Positions 9,082 to 16,381 of a DNA stretch of 20,000 bases are shown in pieces (the first letter of the stretch is position 1; every line of letters begins with the position of its first letter). The translations under genes and the position numbers were made by a program. This DNA comes from an uncultured virus (IMG/VR IMGVR_UViG_3300030104_003363) (taxonomy: Duplodnaviria > Heunggongvirae > Uroviricota > Caudoviricetes), in the IMG/VR virus record IMGVR_UViG_3300030104_003363. One strand, given 5' to 3'. The notes beneath the pieces are model-generated. The model worked only from the letters and a program-made list of their open reading frames with translations, was not told the origin of the DNA and ran no database searches.

Positions 9082-9316
9082 CGAGTGTCAAAAATCACAC
9101 CTACTGTTAAACACACACTAAGATATTTTGTAGGGGTTGGGTACTCTAAAAAATGAAAGACCCTACAAAAGATTAAATAGAAAGATTATTTTTTTGGTAA
9201 AACAAAACCCTACAAAAGACAGGCTATAAGATGATGAAAAATTACAAAAAGTTACCCTACAAAATAAGGAGAATGAGAATAGAAACGCTTATAAAGGGTA
9301 ACGATATATTCAAATT

Positions 9317-9895
9317 ATGAGTAAAATTAGAAAACCGTGCAGATACAAACAATGTAAAGGGGTTGTCCATCGTGGAAAATGTCCAGTAGCCTCAAAAAGA
9401 GGTTCAAAAGGTGGTAGCACTACCGGCAAATCAAAAGCGAGAACAGGTTCAAATAATGGTCGATTTACAGGACTTCGAGAATGTGGATGTCCAAAAAGAC
9501 AACATTTACCTTCTTGTATTCATTCTCAATTAACATTACAAAAAGTCAAAATTATTAACGCACATGATTTCAATTATAATGAGAATCTATCACTTGAGAT
9601 TTACGACCAAAAAATGCAATCTAAGTTTCCAAAGTCAAAGACTAAAATTAGAATTGCGAGAAAAGAAAATATCCCACTTAAAAGAACTGTGGCAAATTGG
9701 GAATTAGAAAATGCCGTCAAGGTAAAATCAATTCCTCATTATTCATTCTTAAAATATACGGGCGTGTGTGCCTCATGTGCGTGCGAGAAAAATATCAAAG
9801 ACGCTCACGTCATACACGTAGACGATATTAAATATAAATTACCAAAAGAGCATTATTTCAAGGCTCGAATAATTTGCGACGCTTGCGAAGCATAA
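9317..9895 (+). CDS. Basic Cys/His-rich putative Zn-binding DNA-binding protein, HNH-like C-terminus
   Basis: CRYKQC..HRGKC, GSKGGSTTGKSKARTGSNNGRF, CGC..H..C, CASC...HVIH...CDAC; TATA CTTATAAA at 9288, 29 nt upstream. Confidence 0.7.
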   Translation: MSKIRKPCRYKQCKGVVHRGKCPVASKRGSKGGSTTGKSKARTGSNNGRFTGLRECGCPKRQHLPSCIHSQLTLQKVKIINAHDFNYNENLSLEIYDQKMQSKFPKSKTKIRIARKENIPLKRTVANWELENAVKVKSIPHYSFLKYTGVCASCACEKNIKDAHVIHVDDIKYKLPKEHYFKARIICDACEA

Positions 9896-9911
9896 TCGGA
9901 GACTCTAAATA
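9878..9911 (+). promoter_or_regulatory. Repeated promoter module copy 1
   Basis: GACGCTTGCGAAGCATAAT; TCTAAATA at +26; ATG 9933 at +55. Confidence 0.8.
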
Positions 9912-9932
9912 CTATTAACAAAAGGTGAGAAC

Positions 9933-10037
9933 ATGGACAAAAGAGGCGTAAATAACAGAGGTAGAACTCAAAGAATTGTTAATTTGCTTCTTGATGATTC
10001 TAAAAGATACGGGAGACAAAGATATGAACAACGATAA
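9933..10037 (+). CDS. 34-aa basic micro-protein
   Basis: MDKRGVNNRGRTQRIVNLLLDDSKRYGRQRYEQR; ATG at the conserved distance from the promoter, with GGTGA upstream. Confidence 0.5.
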   Translation: MDKRGVNNRGRTQRIVNLLLDDSKRYGRQRYEQR

Positions 10038-10269
10038 ATATAATGGATGGACAAACAGAGAAACGTGGCTTATTAATCTACATTTTGAGCCAAGAAATCT
10101 TAGTGATTTGGATTTCATAAATGATGAGATAATAACTTATGCTAAAAAAATCCAAGAATTACCTTACGGTATGTTCTTTACAGATTTTCTTGATTTGAGT
10201 AAAATCAATTGGTACGAATTAAAAAATCACGTTCAAGAAAATTATGATGACGCTTGTGAAGCAGAATGA
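10024..10269 (+). CDS. Conserved phage hypothetical protein (YNGWTNxETW family)
   Basis: KYNGWTNRETWLINLHF motif is typical of a widespread small phage protein; GGAGA RBS before ATG 10024. Confidence 0.75.
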   Translation: MNNDKYNGWTNRETWLINLHFEPRNLSDLDFINDEIITYAKKIQELPYGMFFTDFLDLSKINWYELKNHVQENYDDACEAE

Positions 10270-10282
10270 AAGACTTTAAATA
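10249..10282 (+). promoter_or_regulatory. Repeated promoter module copy 2
   Basis: GACGCTTGTGAAGCAGAAT; TTTAAATA at +26; leadered, ATG 10332 with GGAGA RBS. Confidence 0.8.
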
Positions 10283-10331
10283 AGATTGACGATAAGATTA
10301 AATTGTAAGAAAAACAACGGAGATAAAAAAT

Positions 10332-10415
10332 ATGTATGAAGATAGCGAATGGCTAAAAGAAATGATTGAAAACACGAAAGCGGGTAAGATTTATTTGGCG
10401 GGGTCTGAAAGATGA
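10332..10415 (+). CDS. 27-aa micro-protein
   Basis: MYEDSEWLKEMIENTKAGKIYLAGSER; RBS present; ATGA-coupled to the next ORF. Confidence 0.5.
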   Translation: MYEDSEWLKEMIENTKAGKIYLAGSER

Positions 10416-10531
10416 AAGATTTCCGCCCGACACTTCAAAGAAGAATTGATTTGAAGAAATCAAATCCGGCCTTGACCCTTTGGGCTAGGCAAAAAATTGA
10501 TGAACTCGGATTGAATGCCGAGAAATATTAG
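10412..10531 (+). CDS. 39-aa micro-protein
   Basis: MKDFRPTLQRRIDLKKSNPALTLWARQKIDELGLNAEKY; ATGA overlap with the previous ORF. Confidence 0.5.
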   Translation: MKDFRPTLQRRIDLKKSNPALTLWARQKIDELGLNAEKY

Positions 10532-10585
10532 ATTTACCAAAAAAGTAAAACTTGCCTTCCGGCATTAGGTTCGGGAGAGGACTTG

Positions 10586-10928
10586 TTTTGTAGGGTCAAA
10601 AAACCTTTCGGGGTGCATCCATTCGGGTGCATCCCACTTTTTTTATTTTTATAGCCTATATTTTGTAGGGTTAAAGAGTGATTTTTTTTTATTTCAGATT
10701 CAAATATTTTGTAGGGTAGTTACTTCTTCCGCAAAAATAATTTTGTAGGGTCGCCCCTTTTTTTGTAGATACATATACCCTACAAAATAATTAAGCCTGT
10801 CTTTTGTAGGTTAATTACATTTACAGTAAAACTAAAAATCCTACAAAAGATTTCAAATCCAAAAACTAAAACCCTACAAAATAAAACCGTAAAAGAAAAA
10901 ATAAAACTCAAAAATAAACCCTACAAAA
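10586..10928. repeat. CCTACAAAA cluster 3 (9 copies)
   Basis: Reverse copies at 10586, 10661, 10707, 10741, 10802; forward copies at 10778, 10840, 10872, 10919. Confidence 0.95.
10610..10644 (+). terminator. Hairpin plus T-tract terminator
   Basis: GGGGTGCATCC-ATTC-GGGTGCATCCC followed by ACTTTTTTT. Confidence 0.65.
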
Positions 10929-10929
10929 T

Positions 10930-10963
10930 AACGCTTGTGTAGCAGAATTGAAAGACTTAAATA
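10930..10963 (+). promoter_or_regulatory. Repeated promoter module copy 3
   Basis: AACGCTTGTGTAGCAGAAT; CTTAAATA at +26; ATG 10986 at +56. Confidence 0.75.
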
Positions 10964-10985
10964 AAATTACTTTTTGGTGTTAAAT

Positions 10986-11162
10986 ATGCGAACAGAACTA
11001 AGAATTGCACTAACGGTTGAGAAAATAAATCAAATTAGAGAAAGAAATGGTGAATTATTTGCTAAGGGAATTACCAACCTATCAAGTGATGAATTAGAAG
11101 AATTAGGCGAATTAATTGATGAACTTGAAAAATTACTTCATCTACAAAGAAACGGGTTCTGA
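10986..11162 (+). CDS. Small helical/coiled-coil protein (58 aa)
   Basis: MRTELRIAL...ELEELGELIDELEKLL; start assigned from promoter spacing. Confidence 0.65.
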   Translation: MRTELRIALTVEKINQIRERNGELFAKGITNLSSDELEELGELIDELEKLLHLQRNGF

Positions 11163-11196
11163 GACGCTTGCGAAGCAGAATCAACAGGTTTAAGTA
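11163..11196 (+). promoter_or_regulatory. Repeated promoter module copy 4
   Basis: GACGCTTGCGAAGCAGAAT; TTTAAGTA at +26; ATG 11218 at +55. Confidence 0.85.
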
Positions 11197-11217
11197 GTAG
11201 GGCGGAGATGGATATAT

Positions 11218-11337
11218 ATGGCGAGAATGGAGAAGAGAAGCGAACAAACACCGATAGAAGGATTAAAAGTTATAAAAATACAAAGTGGGGCACGAATAAA
11301 AAAGTGTCATAATTTGTTGAGGGAGATGGGATTTTAA
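11218..11337 (+). CDS. 39-aa basic micro-protein
   Basis: MARMEKRSEQTPIEGLKVIKIQSGARIKKCHNLLREMGF; exactly fills the space between promoter copies 4 and 5. Confidence 0.55.
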   Translation: MARMEKRSEQTPIEGLKVIKIQSGARIKKCHNLLREMGF

Positions 11338-11369
11338 CGCTTGCGAAGCAGAATCGTAAGCCTTAAAAG
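11336..11369 (+). promoter_or_regulatory. Repeated promoter module copy 5
   Basis: AACGCTTGCGAAGCAGAAT; CTTAAAAG at +26; the predicted leader begins with hairpin TGTGGG-AGAAGTAA-CCCACA (11391-11410). Confidence 0.8.
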
Positions 11370-11453
11370 GAATGACTAATTAGTTAGTTTTGTGGGAGAA
11401 GTAACCCACACTAAAAAAACATTCGCAAAAAAACAAAAAAGGAGATAAAAAAA

Positions 11454-11648
11454 ATGAAATATGAAATAGGAATGAAAGTGAGTTTCGGGCGACCGAATGG
11501 AGAAAAGACCGAGGGTATTATCACAAAGATAAACCCTAAAAGCCTCAAGGTGCGAACCTTAGAGAGTCGTGGTAGAGCAGGTAGGTCTGTTCAAGGGACT
11601 GTCTGGAAAGTACCGAGAGATGAGAGATACACGAAGGTGATACAATGA
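11454..11648 (+). CDS. Small SH3/KOW-like beta-barrel protein
   Basis: YEIGMKVSFGRPNGEKTEGIITKINPKSLKV pattern; AGGAGA RBS. Confidence 0.7.
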   Translation: MKYEIGMKVSFGRPNGEKTEGIITKINPKSLKVRTLESRGRAGRSVQGTVWKVPRDERYTKVIQ

Positions 11649-12640
11649 GTAGAGGAATGAGAGGAATGTTGGGTGCATATGCCCGATTTGGAAAAGAAGC
11701 ACAAGGAACGACTGTGAAAGAGGTTTTGTGTAATGCAAAAGCCGATTTCAAGATTGGTATGGAATCTGTCTATACTAAAGATGGTAAGGTTATACCTAAC
11801 CAATTTAGGACATTTAGAGAAGATACCGATGAAACTTTTGGTGTTGTAAAAGGCACATACAAAGTTATGCAAAATGAAAGATTGTTAAATATATCTGACG
11901 ATTTGGTAAAAAGAGGCGTAGTAGATTGGGATAGGATTGGACTTGTAGATAACGGTAGAAAAATCGTAGCATCTTTTAAGATGCCCGAAGGGTTCTCTAT
12001 CGGTGGAATGGATGATGTAGACCAATATATCATGCTGCAAAATACAAATGATGGTTCGGGTGGAATACGTATTTTACCCTCAAATGTAAGAATTGCTTGT
12101 AGTAATCAATTTACATATATGCAAAGTCTATTGAATAAAATGGGTATCAATAAAAATGCTCTAACTATCAGACATTCAGCACGTCAAGAAGATAGGATTG
12201 CACAATTAGTCGAGGCTCTAAAAATTGTAGACCATCTCAATCAGACATTCATGGAAACAGCGACAGAGTTAATCAATGTTGAAATGTCTCAAGATGAGAG
12301 AATCAATTTCTACATAGATACTTTAGGGCTAAAACAAAATGAAGATATGATGAAGGGCGGCAAAGATTATGATGCTAACAATCCTTACGGATTAGGTACT
12401 AGAGGTCAAAATACTCTCACAGAATTGTTAGAGTTAGAGTTAGCACCAACAAATCAATTGAACGGAATGGGTGGCTCGGCTTGGGGCTGTTTTAATACAG
12501 CAACGGAATATATAGACCATTCGTGGACGTACTCAAAGGACGGCAAATCAAGTGATAGCAAAGTAGAATCAGCAATCGTAGGTGCGGGTGCTAGAATGAA
12601 GTCAAAAGCATGGGAAACCATCACGGAGATGTACGCCTAA
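11645..12640 (+). CDS. DUF932 family (TIGR03299-like phage/plasmid) protein
   Basis: Motifs REDTDETFGVVKGTYKVMQN, LQNTNDGSGG, VRIACSNQ, IRHS, GSAWGCFNTATEYIDH. Confidence 0.88.
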   Translation: MSRGMRGMLGAYARFGKEAQGTTVKEVLCNAKADFKIGMESVYTKDGKVIPNQFRTFREDTDETFGVVKGTYKVMQNERLLNISDDLVKRGVVDWDRIGLVDNGRKIVASFKMPEGFSIGGMDDVDQYIMLQNTNDGSGGIRILPSNVRIACSNQFTYMQSLLNKMGINKNALTIRHSARQEDRIAQLVEALKIVDHLNQTFMETATELINVEMSQDERINFYIDTLGLKQNEDMMKGGKDYDANNPYGLGTRGQNTLTELLELELAPTNQLNGMGGSAWGCFNTATEYIDHSWTYSKDGKSSDSKVESAIVGAGARMKSKAWETITEMYA

Positions 12641-12654
12641 GATTTATCGTAAAA

Positions 12655-12708
12655 GTAAGTAGGGGGGTAGTACCCTCTACTTACGCCTTCGGGCGTAGCC
12701 TATCTTTT
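12655..12708 (+). terminator. Double hairpin / terminator after DUF932 gene
   Basis: GTAAGTAGGGGG..CCCTCTACTTAC stem overlapping a TACGCC-TTCG-GGCGTA (cUUCGg) stem, then TCTTTT. Confidence 0.6.
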
Positions 12709-12716
12709 GTAGGGTT

Positions 12717-12750
12717 CACGCTTGCGAGGCAGAATGAATAGATTTAAGTA
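12717..12750 (+). promoter_or_regulatory. Repeated promoter module copy 6
   Basis: CACGCTTGCGAGGCAGAAT; TTTAAGTA at +26; ATG 12773 at +56; preceded by TTTTGTAGGG (12705-12714). Confidence 0.85.
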
Positions 12751-12772
12751 AAAAGAAAAAGGAGAGAGATAT

Positions 12773-13183
12773 ATGAGAACAAGATACGGTAAAACCGGAG
12801 AAATATGTAAAAGACAAAACGGAAGAATGATGATGACTATAAGACCGACACCAACGGTTTTAGATGATAAAGATATAGCCATGTTTTTAGGTTATCTTTG
12901 TAATGTACAAATGCGTTTTGGTGATTATGGCGAAAAAATTAGTTATCAAGAGGCTAAACAAAAAATACATGATTGGCAATATAATTGCGGTGCAGTTACA
13001 CCTTTGACAAAGAAATTAATTATGGATTATCTAACAAGTAATCATTACTTAGCACAATATGAAGAATGTACTGATATGTATGAGTGTTATGATTCAGAAA
13101 ATGAGTCGCATAAAGCATTACTAGAAAAAGTACATGAGATATTCCCTTCTTTTGTCGTAAAAGAAACCGAGGTGATTGCGTGA
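12773..13183 (+). CDS. Hypothetical protein (136 aa)
   Basis: ORF at conserved promoter spacing; coupled to the next gene. Confidence 0.75.
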   Translation: MRTRYGKTGEICKRQNGRMMMTIRPTPTVLDDKDIAMFLGYLCNVQMRFGDYGEKISYQEAKQKIHDWQYNCGAVTPLTKKLIMDYLTSNHYLAQYEECTDMYECYDSENESHKALLEKVHEIFPSFVVKETEVIA

Positions 13184-13437
13184 GTAATCCTTACAGCGTT
13201 AAAGTTTATCCTATGGCTGCAAATCAGTTTAGGATATATCATGGTGATACGATAACATTTCAATCATACAATTCAACAATATGCACCAAAATTGAAGATA
13301 GAGTAATTTTACATGAGCCATATTGGAATATGTATTCAGCAACCACTAACAAATATTTACTAAGATTCTTAGAAGAAGATTCAATTAATACTATTAGGGA
13401 AAAAGTAAAGTCAGGAGAATATGAGGTGATTGCATAA
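13180..13437 (+). CDS. Conserved phage hypothetical protein
   Basis: FQSYNSTI...YSATTNKYL motif common in small phage proteins; GAGGTGAT RBS. Confidence 0.75.
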   Translation: MSNPYSVKVYPMAANQFRIYHGDTITFQSYNSTICTKIEDRVILHEPYWNMYSATTNKYLLRFLEEDSINTIREKVKSGEYEVIA

Positions 13438-13778
13438 TGGCTAATCTAAATATTATTACAAATCAAGTTTATGATTGGATAAACGAATCTAATACAGATT
13501 TTAACTTAGATTTCGGAGAAAAGAAACTTTACTTGGTTGTAGAATGGATTGACGGTAAATCGCTTTTTATAGAAGATTATTTTTATTTTATGAATGAATT
13601 GATTGCTGCTTATTGTGATTTAGATAGAGATACTGATGAGGTAAAAGTAATTTGGTTTAACAGAATATTCGGAATCAATAGTGAGTATCATGGAATCGCT
13701 GATGGGAGATGGACTGATGACGCTTGCGATACACAATCGGCAGACTTAAATAAGATGGAAAAGGAGAGAGATATATGA
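13437..13778 (+). CDS. Acidic hypothetical protein (113 aa)
   Basis: TAATG coupling, GAGGTGAT RBS; C-terminus encoded by promoter copy 7. Confidence 0.7.
   Translation: MANLNIITNQVYDWINESNTDFNLDFGEKKLYLVVEWIDGKSLFIEDYFYFMNELIAAYCDLDRDTDEVKVIWFNRIFGINSEYHGIADGRWTDDACDTQSADLNKMEKERDI
13719..13752 (+). promoter_or_regulatory. Repeated promoter module copy 7
   Basis: GACGCTTGCGATACACAAT; CTTAAATA at +26; ATG 13775 at +56. Confidence 0.75.
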
Positions 13779-13966
13779 GTAAAAGAGAAGAAGAGATGGT
13801 AGACTTAGCCTTAACAGAATTAGAAAATGCTATGGATGCACTACATAAACTGAATAGAGAAACGAACATAGTAGACGATGTTGAATATGATAAAATAAAT
13901 AGAGCGACTTGGGATATAGAACAAGTGTTAAAAGATTGGAAAGATGAAAATATAGGGGATGAATAA
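13775..13966 (+). CDS. Small acidic helical protein (63 aa)
   Basis: ORF track; promoter spacing. Confidence 0.7.
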   Translation: MSKREEEMVDLALTELENAMDALHKLNRETNIVDDVEYDKINRATWDIEQVLKDWKDENIGDE

Positions 13967-14219
13967 AATGAGAAACGTAAGTATAAATGGACACGGCATA
14001 AAAGAAATAAGAATACTAAGAGGCAAAGGTGATTTAGACCATTTGCTTAGAGTTATAATCGTTGGTAAAAATGATGAAGTAACCGATATTAGTTTATTTG
14101 GTATGGCTGATAAAGAAACACACAAAGATATTAAAATACCCGTAAAAGTAACTAGTGATATTCAAGTAACTACCCATGAGATTAATTTTCTTGGTGATAT
14201 AATAGATGAAGAGGAATAA
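13959..14219 (+). CDS. Hypothetical protein (86 aa)
   Basis: Overlap-coupled ORF with GGGG RBS. Confidence 0.65.
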   Translation: MNKMRNVSINGHGIKEIRILRGKGDLDHLLRVIIVGKNDEVTDISLFGMADKETHKDIKIPVKVTSDIQVTTHEINFLGDIIDEEE

Positions 14220-14221
14220 AT

Positions 14222-14560
14222 ATGGCATTAAAAGATACACTAACTAATTTGCACAAGTATGATGAAGAGATAGAGACATTATACAATGAACATGACTTTA
14301 ACCCCAATCTTAGTTTCGCTAGGAATGCGGCTAAAAATACTGTTTGGGCTGCTTTTTACACAGCAGCGAGAGAGGTAGGAATGACCGAAGATATGGCTAA
14401 ACAATTTATTGATTCAAAGTGGTTTAGACACAATCAAGAGGAAATATACAAACAAATTACAGCGACATTATTTACAATGCTTTGGTGCGAATCATCCTTT
14501 GTTGATGATACCGAGTTTAGTAAATTAGAGCCTTACATTGATAGAGGGGATGTAGAATGA
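14222..14560 (+). CDS. Hypothetical protein (112 aa)
   Basis: GAGGA RBS; tightly packed with neighbours. Confidence 0.7.
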   Translation: MALKDTLTNLHKYDEEIETLYNEHDFNPNLSFARNAAKNTVWAAFYTAAREVGMTEDMAKQFIDSKWFRHNQEEIYKQITATLFTMLWCESSFVDDTEFSKLEPYIDRGDVE

Positions 14561-14676
14561 TTAGAGATAGTTTTAAGGAAATAGTAAATGATGAGTTGAT
14601 GATACTAATTATGACACAAGTTATTTTTGGGGTAATATCATTAGGTATCTTGATTACTGCGGCTGTGATATTATGA
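14557..14676 (+). CDS. 39-aa single-pass membrane micro-protein (not in ORF track)
   Basis: MIRDSFKEIVNDELMILIMTQVIFGVISLGILITAAVIL; ATGA overlaps at both ends. Confidence 0.65.
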   Translation: MIRDSFKEIVNDELMILIMTQVIFGVISLGILITAAVIL

Positions 14677-15257
14677 ATATACCAAAATACTACGGATATA
14701 AATACTATGTGGGCGACCCTTGTTATGTCATAGATGATAATAGATGGGAAGAGTTTTGTACAGCCCTATGGGATGGAGAAAAAGAAAATAAAGATAATGG
14801 TTGTCCTGAATATCCCGTTTATATCGAGTGGGGTATAGATGGTATAATTTACAATATAGAAGTATGGAATAGTCCAAACGGAGATGGTGTTTGGAACTTT
14901 AGTAATACCGTAAAAGAAATGCGTGGTTGGATTGCAGGTACAGAAATGGGTGTTGATGCAGGTTTATTGGCTATCGTACCCTATGGTGCTATTTCTAATA
15001 ACAGCACTTGTTCAGATAAAGATAGCATAAAAGAAATATCAAATCTAGGTATTATTTTTACCGAAGAACCAACCTTAGAAACAGGTATACACGTAGTAGG
15101 TGAAGTAACACTAAATTACAATGATGAAAATAATGTATATTATTGTTATAATTGCGGAGAGCATACCTACGAACATGATGTAATAGATTGTGAAAACTAT
15201 AATTGTATGGGATGCTATACGTGTTTTGAATGTGAATGTGAGGATGAGGAAGAATGA
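14673..15257 (+). CDS. Conserved phage protein (GDPCY...GDG...VDAG) with Cys-rich C-terminus
   Basis: YYVGDPCYV, NGDG, GVDAGLLAIVP motifs; tail CYNC...CENYNCMGCYTCFECEC. Confidence 0.75.
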   Translation: MNIPKYYGYKYYVGDPCYVIDDNRWEEFCTALWDGEKENKDNGCPEYPVYIEWGIDGIIYNIEVWNSPNGDGVWNFSNTVKEMRGWIAGTEMGVDAGLLAIVPYGAISNNSTCSDKDSIKEISNLGIIFTEEPTLETGIHVVGEVTLNYNDENNVYYCYNCGEHTYEHDVIDCENYNCMGCYTCFECECEDEEE

Positions 15258-15646
15258 CTAGTAGGCGACCTAGAAAAATCATGGTTGATTTCTGTTACAG
15301 ATATATTAGAGATAACGGAAAACAAAGTGCTACTGATTTACTTCAAGCCTATGATAAACAAGATTTGAGTCTGAAAAGAATCGGTCTTTGCAGCCATCGT
15401 GAGTTAGCATCTTTATTATCCAAAGATAGACTTTTCTTTAAGGTAAAAGAAGATTGGAAAATAGTAAATGGAAATAAAGTTTACAAATATGATATTAATG
15501 ATGTGCATGAGGTAGCGAAGAAATTGGCCTTGCTAACACATATTAGAGCGACACCTGCTCAGATGCCTAAGATACTTAGGGATGCATATCTTGACGCTTG
15601 CGAGGCAAAATCAACAGACTTAAATAGAATGAGCGAGAGGGTATAA
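15254..15646 (+). CDS. Putative winged-HTH protein (130 aa)
   Basis: YIRDNGKQSATDLL...SHRELASLLSKDRLF helix pattern followed by a beta wing; C-terminus encoded by promoter copy 8. Confidence 0.6.
   Translation: MTSRRPRKIMVDFCYRYIRDNGKQSATDLLQAYDKQDLSLKRIGLCSHRELASLLSKDRLFFKVKEDWKIVNGNKVYKYDINDVHEVAKKLALLTHIRATPAQMPKILRDAYLDACEAKSTDLNRMSERV
15593..15626 (+). promoter_or_regulatory. Repeated promoter module copy 8
   Basis: GACGCTTGCGAGGCAAAAT; CTTAAATA at +26; ATG 15648 at +55. Confidence 0.85.
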
Positions 15647-15647
15647 T

Positions 15648-15809
15648 ATGAGTAAAACAATAGAGGTAAGAATGAGAGTATTAGATTGGACATGGTGTGA
15701 TGGAGATGAAGAGTGCTTCGTTACATTAGAATATACAGATAGCCTACAAACAAAACCACTTATTTATAGGGGAATTGTAAGTATAAAAGATGTGAGGGAT
15801 TTACTATGA
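15648..15809 (+). CDS. 53-aa protein (not in ORF track)
   Basis: MSKTIEVRMRVLDWTWCDGDEECFVTLEYTDSLQTKPLIYRGIVSIKDVRDLL; ATGA-coupled to the next gene. Confidence 0.65.
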   Translation: MSKTIEVRMRVLDWTWCDGDEECFVTLEYTDSLQTKPLIYRGIVSIKDVRDLL

Positions 15810-16381
15810 ATATATTTATCTTAAATGAATGCCCCGAATTAGCAGCGAGAGATTACTGCAATAAGCATCTACCTAAAATGATAGTCGAGTGCTATCAAAT
15901 GCTAGGTAGTAGTGTCATTAGACACGGTGCAACGCCCGACATGATGCCACTTACTAAGAAAGGTACGCCTCTCAAGGGTGGCTATCATAATCATCCTTGC
16001 AGCCGTTGGGTAGGAGACAGTAGAGATAATTACATTTGGACTGTACGCCATGCCCTAGAGATATGCAAAGAATATACAAACAAGTATAACAAGATTCACT
16101 TTTGCGAAGCAGGTATTCGTCATCTTAATTTTATGGCAAAACTAATTCCCGAAGGCGACCTTACACACTTTGCTCTTGCTATGCCCGATGAGTATAGACC
16201 GAACCACATACCACTTAGCACAGGAAAAGCCGGACAGCAACAGAAAGGAGACAGTCATGCCGATGGCGAAGCAGCAGTAGCCGCTTACAGGCGTTATTAT
16301 CATAGTAAAGAGTTTGCTCGATGGGATGACCGTACTGTTCCTACATGGTGGCGTTATGATATAGAGGGGAATATAATATGA
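15806..16381 (+). CDS. Pyrimidine-dimer DNA glycosylase / T4 endonuclease V-like protein
   Basis: MNIFIL..CPELAA..CNKHLPKMIVECYQML...HNHPCSRW...FALAMPDEY...AYRRYY...PTWW signature. Confidence 0.8.
   Translation: MNIFILNECPELAARDYCNKHLPKMIVECYQMLGSSVIRHGATPDMMPLTKKGTPLKGGYHNHPCSRWVGDSRDNYIWTVRHALEICKEYTNKYNKIHFCEAGIRHLNFMAKLIPEGDLTHFALAMPDEYRPNHIPLSTGKAGQQQKGDSHADGEAAVAAYRRYYHSKEFARWDDRTVPTWWRYDIEGNII

Larger units (their letters stand above)
8222..9264. repeat. CCTACAAAA cluster 2 (20 copies, both orientations)
   Basis: + copies at about 8261, 8308, 8328, 8368, 8423, 8608, 8680, 8740, 8771, 8916, 8977, 8992, 9161, 9208, 9255; reverse copies (TTTTGTAGGG) at 8222, 8572, 8855, 9031, 9126. Confidence 0.95.

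Noticed and set aside
7420..9264. CRISPR array or mini-array
   Set aside because: The repeat is only 9-10 bp, occurs in both orientations and has irregular spacing; no cas genes in the window.
15743..15751. Extra CCTACAAA copy
   Set aside because: Imperfect (CCTACAAAC), isolated and inside a coding region, so probably chance.
16097..16130. Eleventh promoter module (CACTTTTGCGAAGCAGG)
   Set aside because: Lies inside the conserved glycosylase coding sequence (HFCEAG), lacks the GCTT half-site, and has no good TATA at +26.
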